Part shown: one piece after another, positions 38,984 to 50,010 of the stretch | Numbering within the stretch: the first letter of the stretch is position 1 | Layout of the letters: each line of letters begins with the position of its first letter | Assembly (NCBI RefSeq): GCF_009914755.1 | Contig: NC_060942.1 | DNA: 64,000 nt | Strand: one strand, 5' to 3' | Source: the human T2T-CHM13v2.0 reference genome, Homo sapiens | The notes under the pieces: generated by a model | Database searches by the model: none | The model's input: the letters and a program-made list of their open reading frames with translations, nothing else | What the model was told of the DNA's origin: nothing | Position numbers and translations under genes: made by a program

Positions 38984-39153
38984 GGGGTTTCTCTACCTTG
39001 GCATTGTTGACACTTGGGGCCAGATGATGTTTTGCTGTGGGACTGTCCTGTACATTGTAGGATATTTAGCGGCAGCCCTGGCCTCTACCCATTAGATGCC
39101 AGTAGCATCTCCAATGTCAAATGTCCCCCGCAGGGCAAAATTGAGAGCCACTG
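38984..39153. mobile_element. MER20 (hAT-Charlie)
   Basis: ggcattgttgacacttggggccagatgatgttttgctgtgggactgtcctgtacattgtaggatatttagcggcagccctggcctctacccattagatgccagtagca matches MER20. Confidence 0.85.
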
Positions 39154-39356
39154 CCCTAAAAGGACAGATGAGTACTTCTTTTCGGGGAATATGAGAAAGA
39201 AGAAAGATATATCATCCATTCTCCCAAAGAGAAAGAAAAAAGCATGAATCCAGGTAAGATACAGAGGAAAGGCTGGGCGACCCCCATGACTCAGACACTA
39301 TTGTAGGCCTTTATCCTCCCTACTGTGGAAGAGCCACAGGGCAGCCCCTTTCTCAG

Positions 39357-39784
39357 TGTTATGAGTTGAATTGTGTTCCCCTCACAAGATGCTGAAGTCC
39401 TAACCCCAGGACCCATGAAAGTGACCTTCTTTGAAATAGGGTCTTTGCAGATGATCAAGTTAAGACGAGGTCATTAGGGCAGGCCCTAACGCGATATGAC
39501 TGCTGTCTTCATAAAAAGGAGAAGTCTGGACACAGACAATGTACATTGGAAAGATGATGCAAAGACACAGAGGGAACGCCATCTACAACTGAGGAATGCC
39601 TGAGGCTCCCAGAAGCGAGGAGAGAGGCCTGGAACTGATTCTCCCTCACAGCCCTCAGAAAGAACCAACTCTGCCAACACCTTGATTTGGGACTGCCAGC
39701 CTCCAGAACTGCGAGACAATACATTTCCGTTGTTTAAGCCACCCAATTTGTGGTGCTTTGTTGCAGCAGTCCCATGCTAATACA
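39357..39784 (+). mobile_element. MLT1B/C MaLR solo LTR with 5-bp TSD CTCAG
   Basis: TGttatgagttgaattgtgttccc...gtttaagccacccaatttgtggtgctttgttgcagcag...ctaataCA, flanked by ctcag at 39352-39356 and 39785-39789. Confidence 0.92.
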
Positions 39785-40339
39785 CTCAGCAAGAGGAAGA
39801 ACAGGACCGGGGAACTGGAAGAGTGTGTGGATCTGGCTGAGATGATCTCTGCAGAGAAACAGAAGGTGGCAGGGGCTGGGAGGGAAGATGCAGGTGCTGA
39901 TGGGACCCAGACTCACTGTTCAGAGACAAAAACCAACACTGTGCCTACAGGACAAACAAGTGGAAATACATCCCATTTCTAAAATGAAAAGCTTTGATTG
40001 CACCGATCACTAGAAATTGTAAAACTACCCCGAAGAATTAACAGCCTCCATACATGCTAACTACATCCATCATAAATTCGTCTTTAGTTTCTGTTATCAT
40101 ATCACTGTCTCTGGGGACCCCTGTCTTGTCATCATTTGCCCTTTATAATTTATTCATCTTGTTCTTGCCTTCATCCTTTCTACTTATCATTCATCTTTAC
40201 AGTTGTACATAAAATTAGATGGATCCCTCAATGGCAGGACTGTCAGGGAGGGAGATGGGCCTTGCCAGGGAAGCCCCCGTATGGTGATGGGGGCCCCACC
40301 AGAGCCTCCTGTGGATGTCAGGGTTGAGGTGGGGTGGGC

Positions 40340-40560
40340 CAAAGTTGAAAGAGGGAGGGAGGAGAGGGAAAGGAGAGACAAGTCTGAAGGATAAAAGAAG
40401 AAAGTGTTGGTGAGAGAGATAGAGGAAAATGGGCAGAGGGAGAGAAGAGAGGAGAAAATGGGGGCACAAAGAGAAGAAAGAAAAAGAAAAAGAAAGAAAG
40501 GAGGAGGAAATGGGATTAAGAAAGAGAAAAGTGAGAAGAAGGGATAGAAAGGAGAGACAG
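40340..40560 (+). repeat. GA-rich low-complexity tract
   Basis: Purine-rich gagaagaaag runs. Confidence 0.75.
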
Positions 40561-41439
40561 TCTGAGATAGCGGTGCTAGAAATCCATTTGAGCTCTCTGA
40601 AAAGAATTTTCCCACTTTAACATCTTTCCTGGTAAACTCAAAGAAGGTCACATTGAATTTCCATGGAAGTGACCCATCCTGAGTCGCGGTGACCTGAGTC
40701 AGGAGGCGTGATGGCGGGACTCTGCATGTCTGCCAGGCTGACGCGAGGGGAGGGGAAGGGGGAGACAGCAGGGAGGAGTGTGTTAGTTTGCTTTGTATTC
40801 TAGGATTGTTGGAATGAGGACACAAAAGCCAATCTTTGACTAGTGAGTTGGAACTTTAATGTTTACCAAGGAGATACAGCTCCCACTTCCCCCACCCCCA
40901 TCCCTGACCAGCTCTAATTCCCACTGCTTCCTTGCCTCCTACTGGCTGGACCCAGCTCTTCCCCTGCCAGCCCTGGTGAGAAGCCCTTTCTGCTACCAAA
41001 GGAGCAAAAGTGCTGGCCACAGCTTGTCATAGCACCTGGTTTTCTCTCATCTGAGCATCTCCCTTGAGACCCTGTATTCCCAACCTTGGAAACAGAAGGG
41101 CTCTTCCTGGAAGACGATTCCCCACAAAGTCCCAATGGCTGGAGGAGCTGCGACAAAGCTTCAGGGGTAGATTTTAAGGAACAGACTTCTTTCAAGAGGC
41201 TTCCTGTGCACACTCAGGCCCCAGGTGGTTCTCAGAGTGGGCCTCTCCTGCCCTGTGTGAGTCACCTGGCTCCTGGCCTGTTGTGTGTGCCTCGACTCTG
41301 GGCCGTTTCTCGGACCAGTGCTCCCATCTGACTCATTTTACTCCCACCCTACCCATATCCTGAATGAAAACTTTGAGTCACTCCTGCACTCCATGGTCAT
41401 CCTGGTTCTCTCTAAATTCCTAAAGCAACCGGTGGCACT

Positions 41440-41665
41440 GGCAGAGGCAGGTATCCTGAGCTTTGGTAGCAGACTCAGTGCTGGTCCTGGCTCGGCCACT
41501 TATCAATTTTGTGACCTTGGGCAAACCTCGATCTCCTCCTCTGTGAGGGATAATCATGACATCTTCTTCATAGCGTAGTTTTGAAGATAAAATGAGGCAA
41601 TGTAGGTAAAGTGCTTGGCATCATGCCTGTCATATAGTAAGCACTTAAAAATACTGTGATTATTG
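41440..41665 (+). mobile_element. MIR SINE
   Basis: cctggctcggccacttatcaattttgtgaccttgggcaaa...gaagataaaatgaggcaatgtaggtaaagtgcttggca...tagtaagcactt. Confidence 0.82.
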
Positions 41666-43383
41666 AACAATTGTCCACACTACCCATTTTATAGTAACAT
41701 GTGCTGTCTTGTATTGTTGACTATGTAGATATTTGTGTGTGTGTGTGGCTTCCATCCCCAACTTGGTGGTCAACTCCAAGCGGGGAGGTGGATGTGTTTT
41801 TCTTATCTCTGTATTTTACAGAACGTCTGGCACACAGGAAATACTTGTTGATGGATTGAGAAACTGCCCCATGTTGACTGTCCCCTGTGAATAGTGAAAC
41901 AAATTTTGTGAATAGAGGAGCATGGGCAGGAAAAGAACAGGAAGTCAGGAAAGAGTGAGATCAAGAGTATGAGGGCGAGAGAGGCAGAGAGATTAGAAAA
42001 AGGGAGTCACTCTGCCTGGATTCTGGCAGAAGGCAGTGCTCAAAAAGACCCAGATGAAGCTTCATAGTTTAATAATCTAATTCTACTAAAACATGCCAAA
42101 CTCAAAAATAATAATCCATTTGTGCCACTGGTCCAGGGATGACTCCATCAGCCATCAGAGGGCCCTGCTCAGGCTGGTTCCCAGGGATACTGGGAATCAC
42201 GTATCACTGATTTGTAAGAACAGCCACTGTGGTCTGGTTTCTGAGCTTCCACTGATCCCAAGAGAAATGTCAGCTTCCCTTTTCAGGCCTCCAATGAAGA
42301 CATGTGCTAGGGGTGCCTCTAGTTCTGTCTCTGTCATTTTGTTATTGTTGCTCATAGTGACGGTGGTGGTGTGTGTGTATGACAGCAATGGGATTATTTT
42401 TCTTGCTGGCAACAGGATGCGAGCTCCATAACTCACTAGAAACAGCATAGACTGCCTGTACTATCTTTTCTCCTCTTTCTCTCCTCAGCGAGAAAGTGGA
42501 GGGCTGATTTTAATGGATTGATTTTAATGGATTTTGAAGTCTGGAAAAGTGCCTAAATTGCTGAGGTTACCAGTTTTCCAGGTTCTTTTTTTTCAATTTC
42601 ATTCTCTTTAGTCAGACATAGAGTGTGCTTGCTGGGGCACCTAGTGTGGTCACCCCAGACAAGAAGAAGTCCCCCTCTGTCTCTCACCGAAACAGGCAGC
42701 CATGAACACAGCCACAGCTGGCAGGATCGCCTATTATTTGGTTGGGTGAGAGCATTTGGCTTGGTCCCGTCCCTGCATTTGCTAGTGGCACACTTTCTCT
42801 GATCTCAAAGGAGAGAACCAACCAACAGCAATAACACCAGGTCTGCTTTCTGGAATCAAAACAACTCTACTTTAAAGAATAATTTTACTTGGTCATTTTG
42901 TGTTTCATTTGTCTGCATGCAGGTTTGTGTGGAGACAATGTGCCCTCGGAACTTCGAGCTGCAATCCGGTCTTTTATTCCTGCCCCTCCCTCTGGTGGGC
43001 GTGCCTGCCCCGAGAATTGTTTGATGAGGTTTTTGAGGCCATGAGTTTCCCTGTGAAGCCTTTGAAGAAGGGATGGTGTTCGAGGGGACTCTAGGCTATG
43101 TTTCAGCTCTGCTGTTGGCCTCTATCTATCTTCCCCCCTCCCCGTCCCAACATACACTCACGTTTCTTTTTGCCCTTTCCCTCAGACTTACTCAACTTGT
43201 CTTTGTGATTTCAGAAAAATGCCACTGGATCTCCCAGTATGAAGGATTAGCACAGATTATGGGGAACAGTGTTAATTATGGGTGGAAAGGGGGCTGGCGC
43301 GTCGCTCCAATGTGCTCCTGATTTCCCCTGGGCCTTTCTGCCTGGTAATAAGCCTTCTTTAATCTGGCAGGCCCCTTGGTGAA

Positions 43384-43404
43384 ATCAGCACCACGGACAG
43401 TGAT
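43384..43404 (+). promoter_or_regulatory. RE1/NRSE (REST binding site)
   Basis: ATCAGCACCACGGACAGTGAT against consensus TTCAGCACCACGGACAGCGCC; the 16-nt core TCAGCACCACGGACAG (43385-43400) is exact. Confidence 0.88.
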
Positions 43405-45142
43405 ATTGATTGCTTCTGAGAAACCATCACAGCTGCTCAACCAAATTACCTTTGATATGTGACCTTTAATGTAATTACTGCAACATCAAAGTATTTCTAT
43501 AAATTATTAAAGAACTAATACACTCCATCATTTAGCTATTCTATTATATGTAAAATAAACAACCACAAGTTAATGTTAGATCCTCAACAATCCACACTTG
43601 CTACTGAAATACTCCCAATTCCCAGCCTCTCCCCTTTCAAAATCCTAAACCTCCCCCTCTCACCTTCTCTCTTTCTGTTTCCCCTTCTGATTCCGGCTTT
43701 TAGCCACCATGAAACTCCCTAGCAATCTCTCTCAAGCTGATGAAGGGCCTCCCATAACAATGTGGTATTTTCTATTCCATTTGGGTGGCTCTAAAATATC
43801 TGTCACAGTCTCCCCCAAAACAAAGTACCATAAACACTTTATTAATCAGCACAAACCTTTCTCAGAAGCCTTTGATTATCCTACAATATGGCTTTATGCT
43901 TCACACATAACATGGGGCGATGTGAGGCATATTTCTGCCGTCTTACAGAGGGCACCCAGAAAGTAATTACTATAATATATGTGCATGTAGCCGCGCAACT
44001 GAAAAAACAACTGGGGAATGGCCACCCTGCCAGAGCTGGGCTTCACACAAAATCTGTGCGGTGCTCGATTTCCATATATTTGCATCTGTGGGTATGTTAT
44101 TAAGATGACTCAGCCCCGTGCTTTGCAATCACAAATACCAAAATACAATACAAAGGCTGTCTTAATGGAAGGAAGGCCCTGTGTAATTCAGCTCTCCCCA
44201 CCCCTAAACGAGTAAAGAAAGATCTTCGATGCAAAGGAAGGCTGCCCCCGCCCGGGGTTGCATTTTCTCTCCGTCTACCTGGTTAACCTTTCCCGCTGTG
44301 GGGTAGAAATGGAAACGTGTGTTTACATACGGTTGGCTTGGTAAGAATGTAAACATGCATGTGTAAGCATGGGTGTGCATACTTATAGAACACATGTGCT
44401 TCCCTGCAGTGTCCATTGTATAAGCGTCAACACTATATTTAGAAAATCTTTAAATTATGCCCACAAACACACATCTTTCCATTTATCTTTAGATACTCAG
44501 CAGCCGTATATCTCTCCCCCCTCACCACCGCCCCATCTCTCTGAACCCACAGGAGAGACCGCGCAGACCCTTGACCCGAAGAATACTTCTTATTTTATGG
44601 TGATGAACTAGCCTCGATAATAGCCATGGCTGATATCACACCCAGTTAGGGGGGCCATAAATAATTCTCTTCTCCCCCGCACAGAAGCTATAAACCAGGG
44701 CCGAGGCGCGATAGTTTATCAAAGACGAGGGCTGGCTCCTTAAATAAACCGCGGTGATCTCACTTGCGGCGCCCCCTCCCACGCCGGCCCCCTCCTCCCC
44801 CACTAGAGCGGCCCGCGTCGACTCGATGGGCGGACTCGATCGCGCACGCGGCCCGCGGGCCCGGCGGAGGCAGCTCCCGCTCCGGGGACCCGGGACGCGC
44901 CGCTCCCCCGCCCCAGGCTGCCCGCGCAGGAACTTCACGGCCACGGCCAAGTGGGGCCCCTGTCCCGGATCCCGTTGGGCCCGGACGGCCGAGAGCCCAG
45001 GGATTTGGGGGGGCGCGCGGGCTCCCGAGCTCAGGCGGGCGGCGGGCGCCCTGCCGCCCTCTCCCCGCGCGCCGCGCCGCCGCCCGGCCTCCCGAAGTCG
45101 CCCCCTGTCGGCGCGTCGGCCGCTTGCGCCACGGCGGGCGCC

Positions 45143-45148
45143 ACTTAC
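45143..45148 (-). promoter_or_regulatory. CELF4: 5' splice site GTAAGT of the downstream intron
   Basis: Plus-strand ACTTAC at 45143-45148 gives GGG|GTAAGT, a consensus donor. Confidence 0.93.
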
Positions 45149-45231
45149 CCCGGGCAGAGTCTTCTGCTCGTGCAGCGCGCTCTGGGCCTTCAGCGCTGAC
45201 TCACGCTCGCAGTAGGTGAGGAAGGCGCAGC
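45149..45231 (-). CDS. CELF4: Internal 83-nt coding exon of CUGBP Elav-like family member 4 (RRM1, RNP1 motif GCAFLTY); most likely exon 2
   Basis: Minus strand reads ...cttgctttcctccccAG|GC TGC GCC TTC CTC ACC TAC TGC GAG CGT GAG ... CTG CCC GGG|GTAAGT, with canonical acceptor and donor. Phase 1 start, phase 0 end. The peptide has CERES, as recalled for CELF4, where CELF3/5/6 have CARDS. Exon number is from recall. Confidence 0.96.
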
Positions 45232-45265
45232 CTGGGGAGGAAAGCAAGCGCCAAGAAGGGTCAGT
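45232..45265 (-). promoter_or_regulatory. CELF4: 3' splice site of the upstream intron: branch point CTGAC, polypyrimidine tract and AG
   Basis: Minus strand ccccaCTGACccttcttggcgcttgctttcctccccAG; branch A at 45261, about 30 nt from the exon. Confidence 0.85.
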
Positions 45266-46795
45266 GGGGCGCCCCCGGGCCCGCCGACGCGCCCTGCCGC
45301 CCGCCCTCCAGGCTCCCGCCCCTCCCTGCCGCTCGGTCCCTGTCCCCACCTCTCTTTCTCTCCCGTGCACTGTTCTCGGAGCTTCTCTGCCTCTCGGTGT
45401 TCCCGGCTGTCTGCCTCTCGTACCTCCCTTTGCTTTTCTATTTTGCTCCCTCCGCGGAGTCTCCCCACCCTGCATCTTCCCCCCACCACACCCCCCTCTC
45501 CTTACGGTTCTCTCCTTACCCCGTACCCTGGTGCCTCAGACCTCTCTGCCCTGTTTCAGCGCCAGCCCCTACGCTTCCTAGAAGGGGCAGCTTCCACCCC
45601 TCACCCCCAGCACCTCTAGCCACACTTGACCATGGGCTGTCTTTCTGGCCGGTAGGAGTGCTGGGCGCTGCTCCCTCAGGGATGGTGGAGGGCTCCTCTA
45701 AGCCTTACAAATAAAGGCTCAGTCTGTAAGGAGGACCCCAAGCCAGGCCCTCCTAATAAAATAAACGTACCCTGTGTCCCCTGTCCCAACCCCTGTTGTT
45801 TGATTTGCAGTGACAGATGGTCTTCACACCCCTCCAAGTCAGAGGGCTTCTAGGGCATATCCAGGCCACCGACTTACAGCACTAGACCACCCTTGCTCTG
45901 CCTTTAATTCCCTAGGTGACCTTAACAAATCACATCCTCTTTCTGGCCTCAGTCTCCCCACCTGCGAACTGAGAAGGCTCAGTCTAGCTCTCCCACTGAT
46001 TAATTCTAACTGGGCCACACCCCACCTCCTCGCCAGGGAATCCGGATTTGACAGAAGAATATACTCAAGGGGTGACTTTTCAGTGCTGTCCTTTAGGTGT
46101 GGTGACAAGGCCAAGAGAGTGGGGATGGGGGAGTCTTTCTGGGAGTTCCCATAAGCTGTCCAGCATGCCCAGTGTCAGGCCTTCTTTCTCTGCCTGCAGA
46201 TGTGGCTGAAGGTGGCTTGGGAGGCCTGCAAGGCTCAAAACCATGGGGAAAGCCCAAAAGCTCACTATGGCGGAAGCAGGCTTGAATGTTCTGGTGAACA
46301 GTCACCTCAGACCTTTTCAAGCCACCCATGGCCCCAGAGAAGGCACCCTGTGGAATGGCTGCCTCTCTTGTTCCTCTCTCTCTCACGTGATCTTATCCAA
46401 GGCCACATCCCCAACAACCTGTGTTCCCTTCTGCCCCCGCATTCCTCTGCTCTCACCACCTCCTCACCTGGTATGCCCCTCTTCCCCATGTTCACTTCTC
46501 CGAAACCCATTGATCTTTCAAGAATCTGATCAAGTTCTACCTACTCCAGGCAGCCCTCCTTGGCTGGTCTAGTCCATCCCCAGCCAGTCTCCACAGCCAG
46601 CCATTTGGTCATTGCCATGGCCATTTATTTCCTGAGTGCTCGCTCTGTGCCAGGCTCTGTGCCAGACCTCGTGGCCCAAGCCCTCCTCTCATGAGGCCCA
46701 CAGGCTGCTGGTGCCAGTATGGTACCTATGTCAGCCCTTGTCACCAGGCTTGCTTTAGACTCTGGTTGCCGGCCACAGAATGCTCCCAGTGTCCT

Positions 46796-46968
46796 CTGCA
46801 GCTCCTGACTCTTCCACCAACCAGCCTGTACCCAGTGAAAACCCCTTTCCTCCCCTTCCAATGTAGAAATTCCTGCCTCCCTTCCCTTTCTGGCTTCAGA
46901 GAGGAGGTGGAAAGGGAATGTATTTGTGAAAGGAACGGAGATGAAAGAAGGAAACAGGGAGAAAAGCC
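46796..46968 (+). repeat. Copy A of a ~165-bp local direct duplication
   Basis: Near-identical to 48320-48495. Confidence 0.93.
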
Positions 46969-47669
46969 TGGGAGACAGAAACTCTCAGCTCCCAGTGCCC
47001 CCTCTGCCTTCCCCACCTCCAACTCCTGCCTCAGGCTTGGAGAAGCTTCGGAGAAATCTCTCTCCCTCTCTGTCTCATGTCTCCCTTCCTCCAGACCCCA
47101 GATCACTCCTCCTCCCTCTCCCGTCCTCCTCCCTCCTGGTCACTGGCAGACTGTTATTGATGGAGACACCCGGGGACTGAAATGAATAGCGGTCAGAGGC
47201 CCCCGTGACGTCGTCCCTCGTGCTGCCGCCTGCTTCTCCCGGGGGCGTCTTTCCTCCCGTCCCCTTGTTGGCCTTGTCCTCTGCCTGCAACCAGGAGGTG
47301 GCCACTGCCTCTGCTGTACGCAGGCAAGCCAGCTTGGGACAAGGTCAGGGGCAGGTTTGAGGGGAGGAGGATGAGGGGAGGGAGGAAGAGGAGGAGGAGT
47401 AGGAGGAGGAAATGACCATATTGTTTCCATGGCCCAAGATAACAAGAAAAGGATTCCAGAGGAAAAAGAATCTGTTGCTTTTGTCCAGCTTCCAGGAATT
47501 TCTGCCACAGTTTTTGAGAGAGCTCATAACTTTATTGTGAACCAAAATCTTTCAGGATCCTCCAGACCTTGGGTGACCTCCCCCTGCCGTCTCCACCCCC
47601 TGAATTTATCTCCTTCCAGTCTTCCCCTGGCCCCACTCACTGGTCCCCTCACTACTTCTTAGCCCCCCA

Positions 47670-48050
47670 GGTGCACTCTGTCTTAGGGTCTTTGCACTGG
47701 TCTTTCCTCTTCCCAGAACGGCACCCCCACCCCACCTCTGCTATCAGCATGGTGTGCTCCTTCCCTTCACTCTGGTTTCTGCTCAAATGAGACCTCCTCA
47801 GAGACACTTCCCTTGACCACCCCATTTAGCATAGCCCTGCACCCACACAGACCCTGACCCCTTTTCCTGTTTCCCTTTCTGTTTGGCACCCATCACTCCC
47901 TGACAGAGTCACATATATTTGCTCTTTGAGGGGCAGGCTCCCCATGCTCAGATGAGGTTAGGAGCCTGGTTTTGTTCTGTTTCTGCTTGGTTCTCAGTGT
48001 CCAGCATATAAGTGGAGGCTAATACGTATTCCTTGAAAGGACTGAATGCC
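47670..48050 (+). mobile_element. L2 LINE 3' fragment
   Basis: tctgctcaaatgagacctcctcagagacacttcccttgaccaccc...cagtgtccagcata. Confidence 0.7.
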
Positions 48051-48319
48051 AGAACACCTCAGCTAATTTGGTGGGGCCAATAGGCACAGAAATGGTGCTC
48101 AGAGGCTATTGAGAGCTGTCCAAGATCTGTGGGCACTGAGGCACACTGGACTTCTATAGTGGTGGCAGGGCCAGAGGTTGCCTGAGAGTTGATAAGTGGG
48201 TTCCTGATGGGAGGGTTTTTGCCCCAAGAGCTCCCAGGAGCCTGTTGAACCTGACAGTGCACTCTCACCATGCTTCCCCCTTCACCCCCAAGTTGATCCC
48301 AGAAAAGACTGATAAACAA

Positions 48320-48495
48320 CTGCAGCTCCTGACTCCTCCACCATCCAGCCTGCACCCAGTGAAAACCCCTTTCCTCCCCTTCCAATGTAGAAATTCCTCC
48401 TGCCTCCCTTCCCTTTTCGGGTTCAGAGAGGAGGTGGAAAGGGAATGTATTTGTGAAAGGAACGGAGATGAAAGAAGGAAGCAGTGAGAGAAGCC
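48320..48495 (+). repeat. Copy B of the ~165-bp local direct duplication
   Basis: Near-identical to 46796-46968, with a 3-nt insertion (ttcctcctgcc against ttcctgcc). Confidence 0.93.
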
Positions 48496-49589
48496 CAGGA
48501 GAGCCCCTTCCCAGGCAGGGCCCACCCCAGCGTCCTCATCTGTAAAATGGGAAGAGTAATGGCCCTCAGAAGCTTGTGGGGAGACCTACTTGCCAGTGAG
48601 TATGAACAGCCTCTACAGACTTCACTAAGTGCAGACTGCAGTGTCAATATCAGTTCACTGTTGTGAAGCAGGGGCTAGAGAGGTGTTGAAGCCCCTTCCT
48701 TCTCTCCCTCTGCACCTCTGTGAGGCGGGAGCGGCTGGATATAGAGGCTAACTGGGGCAGTCCCACCCCGGGCCCTTCCCAGTCCATCTCCAGCCCATCC
48801 GATGCAGCGGCTGACATGCCAGCATGGCAGATTAGTTGGCTATCTTAAGGCTCTTTGAGAAAGGCAAATGCGGATAAGCAGTTATTAACGCTGACTCCGG
48901 GGTTCAAAAGAAGGGACCAGTCTGCTCCCTGGCTGAGGGCAGAGCCCTGGGGGCATGGTGACTGTGGGGAGGGGGCTGCAGGAGGAGAATTTGCCATCAC
49001 AGGGTGCTGTGGATGGTGAGAGGCCTGTGGTGGAGAATGGGGGGCCGGGGAAGAAAGGGTGCCCAAGCCTCAGCCATTGGACACTCACTGCTCTCTCCTA
49101 GGGAGGGAATGGGGGTGGGACACATAGAACCCCCAGCTAGAACAGCTGGCCTTGACTTCCTGTGGCTCATTTCCACATCTCACAGGGGTTGAGGAGGGGG
49201 CTGTGGGCTGTGAGGGTGTCCAGCTGAAAGGGGGGAAGGTGGGGAGCATCAGCCTCAGCCCAGCAGCCACTAATCTGCCAAACTCACTCTCCTATGTTGT
49301 ACTGAGTTGTCCCCAGAGACATCCCTGGCGGGGCCCTTTGGGAACTCACAGTTGAGGTGGGAAACGGGATTCTCTCAAGGAGCAGCTGCCTAACAACACA
49401 AGACAGTGTGGGAGAGAGGCTAGAACCGGGCTCTGAACGCTGAGGCTTGAGAAGGTCTGTGGAGGGTGCCTCATCCTTCCTGGGGATGTGGCCAGTGGCA
49501 CAGAAATCTCTCCCCATCTTCAGACCCAGAAATCCCTCCCAAGTCCTGATCCTATGATCCACATACACTCGTGCTCACAGTGGAGTCGG

Positions 49590-50010
49590 CAAGGATCCAG
49601 TGTGGCTGCTTGGAATAGCAAAAAAAAATTAAAAACCACCTAAATGTCCCTTAGGACAGGAATGCTTTCATTTTTAAACTGTGAATACTCAAAAGCAGTT
49701 AAAAAGATGAAAAGACCCTCAATGTACCAGCATGGAAAGCCACATTGTCAGATGGGAAAAGCAAGTTGTGAAATAATAGACGCCATGTATATACAGTGGA
49801 GACACAATCAACTCACCCATTATATACTCAGACCTGTATTTACATGTGAAAGACAAAGTCTGGAAGTCACACCAAACTGAAAACAGGGAGTACGGGGTGG
49901 GGAGTAGGGGGGTATGTTTCCTATGACTTTCACTTTTTTTGTTTTGTTTGACACATTTAGACCCAGAATGTATTCATGTATCACTTGCATAATTAACTTG
50001 AAAGGAAAAA
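49590..50010 (+). mobile_element. Old L1M (L1ME-like) 3' fragment
   Basis: aatagcaaaaaaaaattaaaaaccacctaaatgtccc...gaatactcaaaagcagttaaaaagatgaa resembles mammalian-wide L1 3' ends. Confidence 0.6.

Larger units (their letters stand above)
1..45148 (-). other. CELF4: Long intron downstream of the exon (probably CELF4 intron 2), continuing past the window start
   Basis: The next expected exon (MNRPIQVKPADSE...) does not appear in the ORF track or on reading the sequence. Confidence 0.85.
44690..45460. promoter_or_regulatory. Intragenic CpG island around the exon
   Basis: About 770 bp that is very GC-rich and CpG-dense (cgcgcacgcggcccgcggg, gccgcgccgccgcccgg), against CpG depletion in the rest of the window. 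Confidence 0.9.

Noticed and set aside
44636-45475. 279-aa minus-strand ORF as a standalone gene
   Set aside because: Only the 28 residues between canonical splice sites resemble a known protein (CELF4 RRM1). The flanks are low-complexity translation of a CpG island and are kept only as isoform hypotheses.
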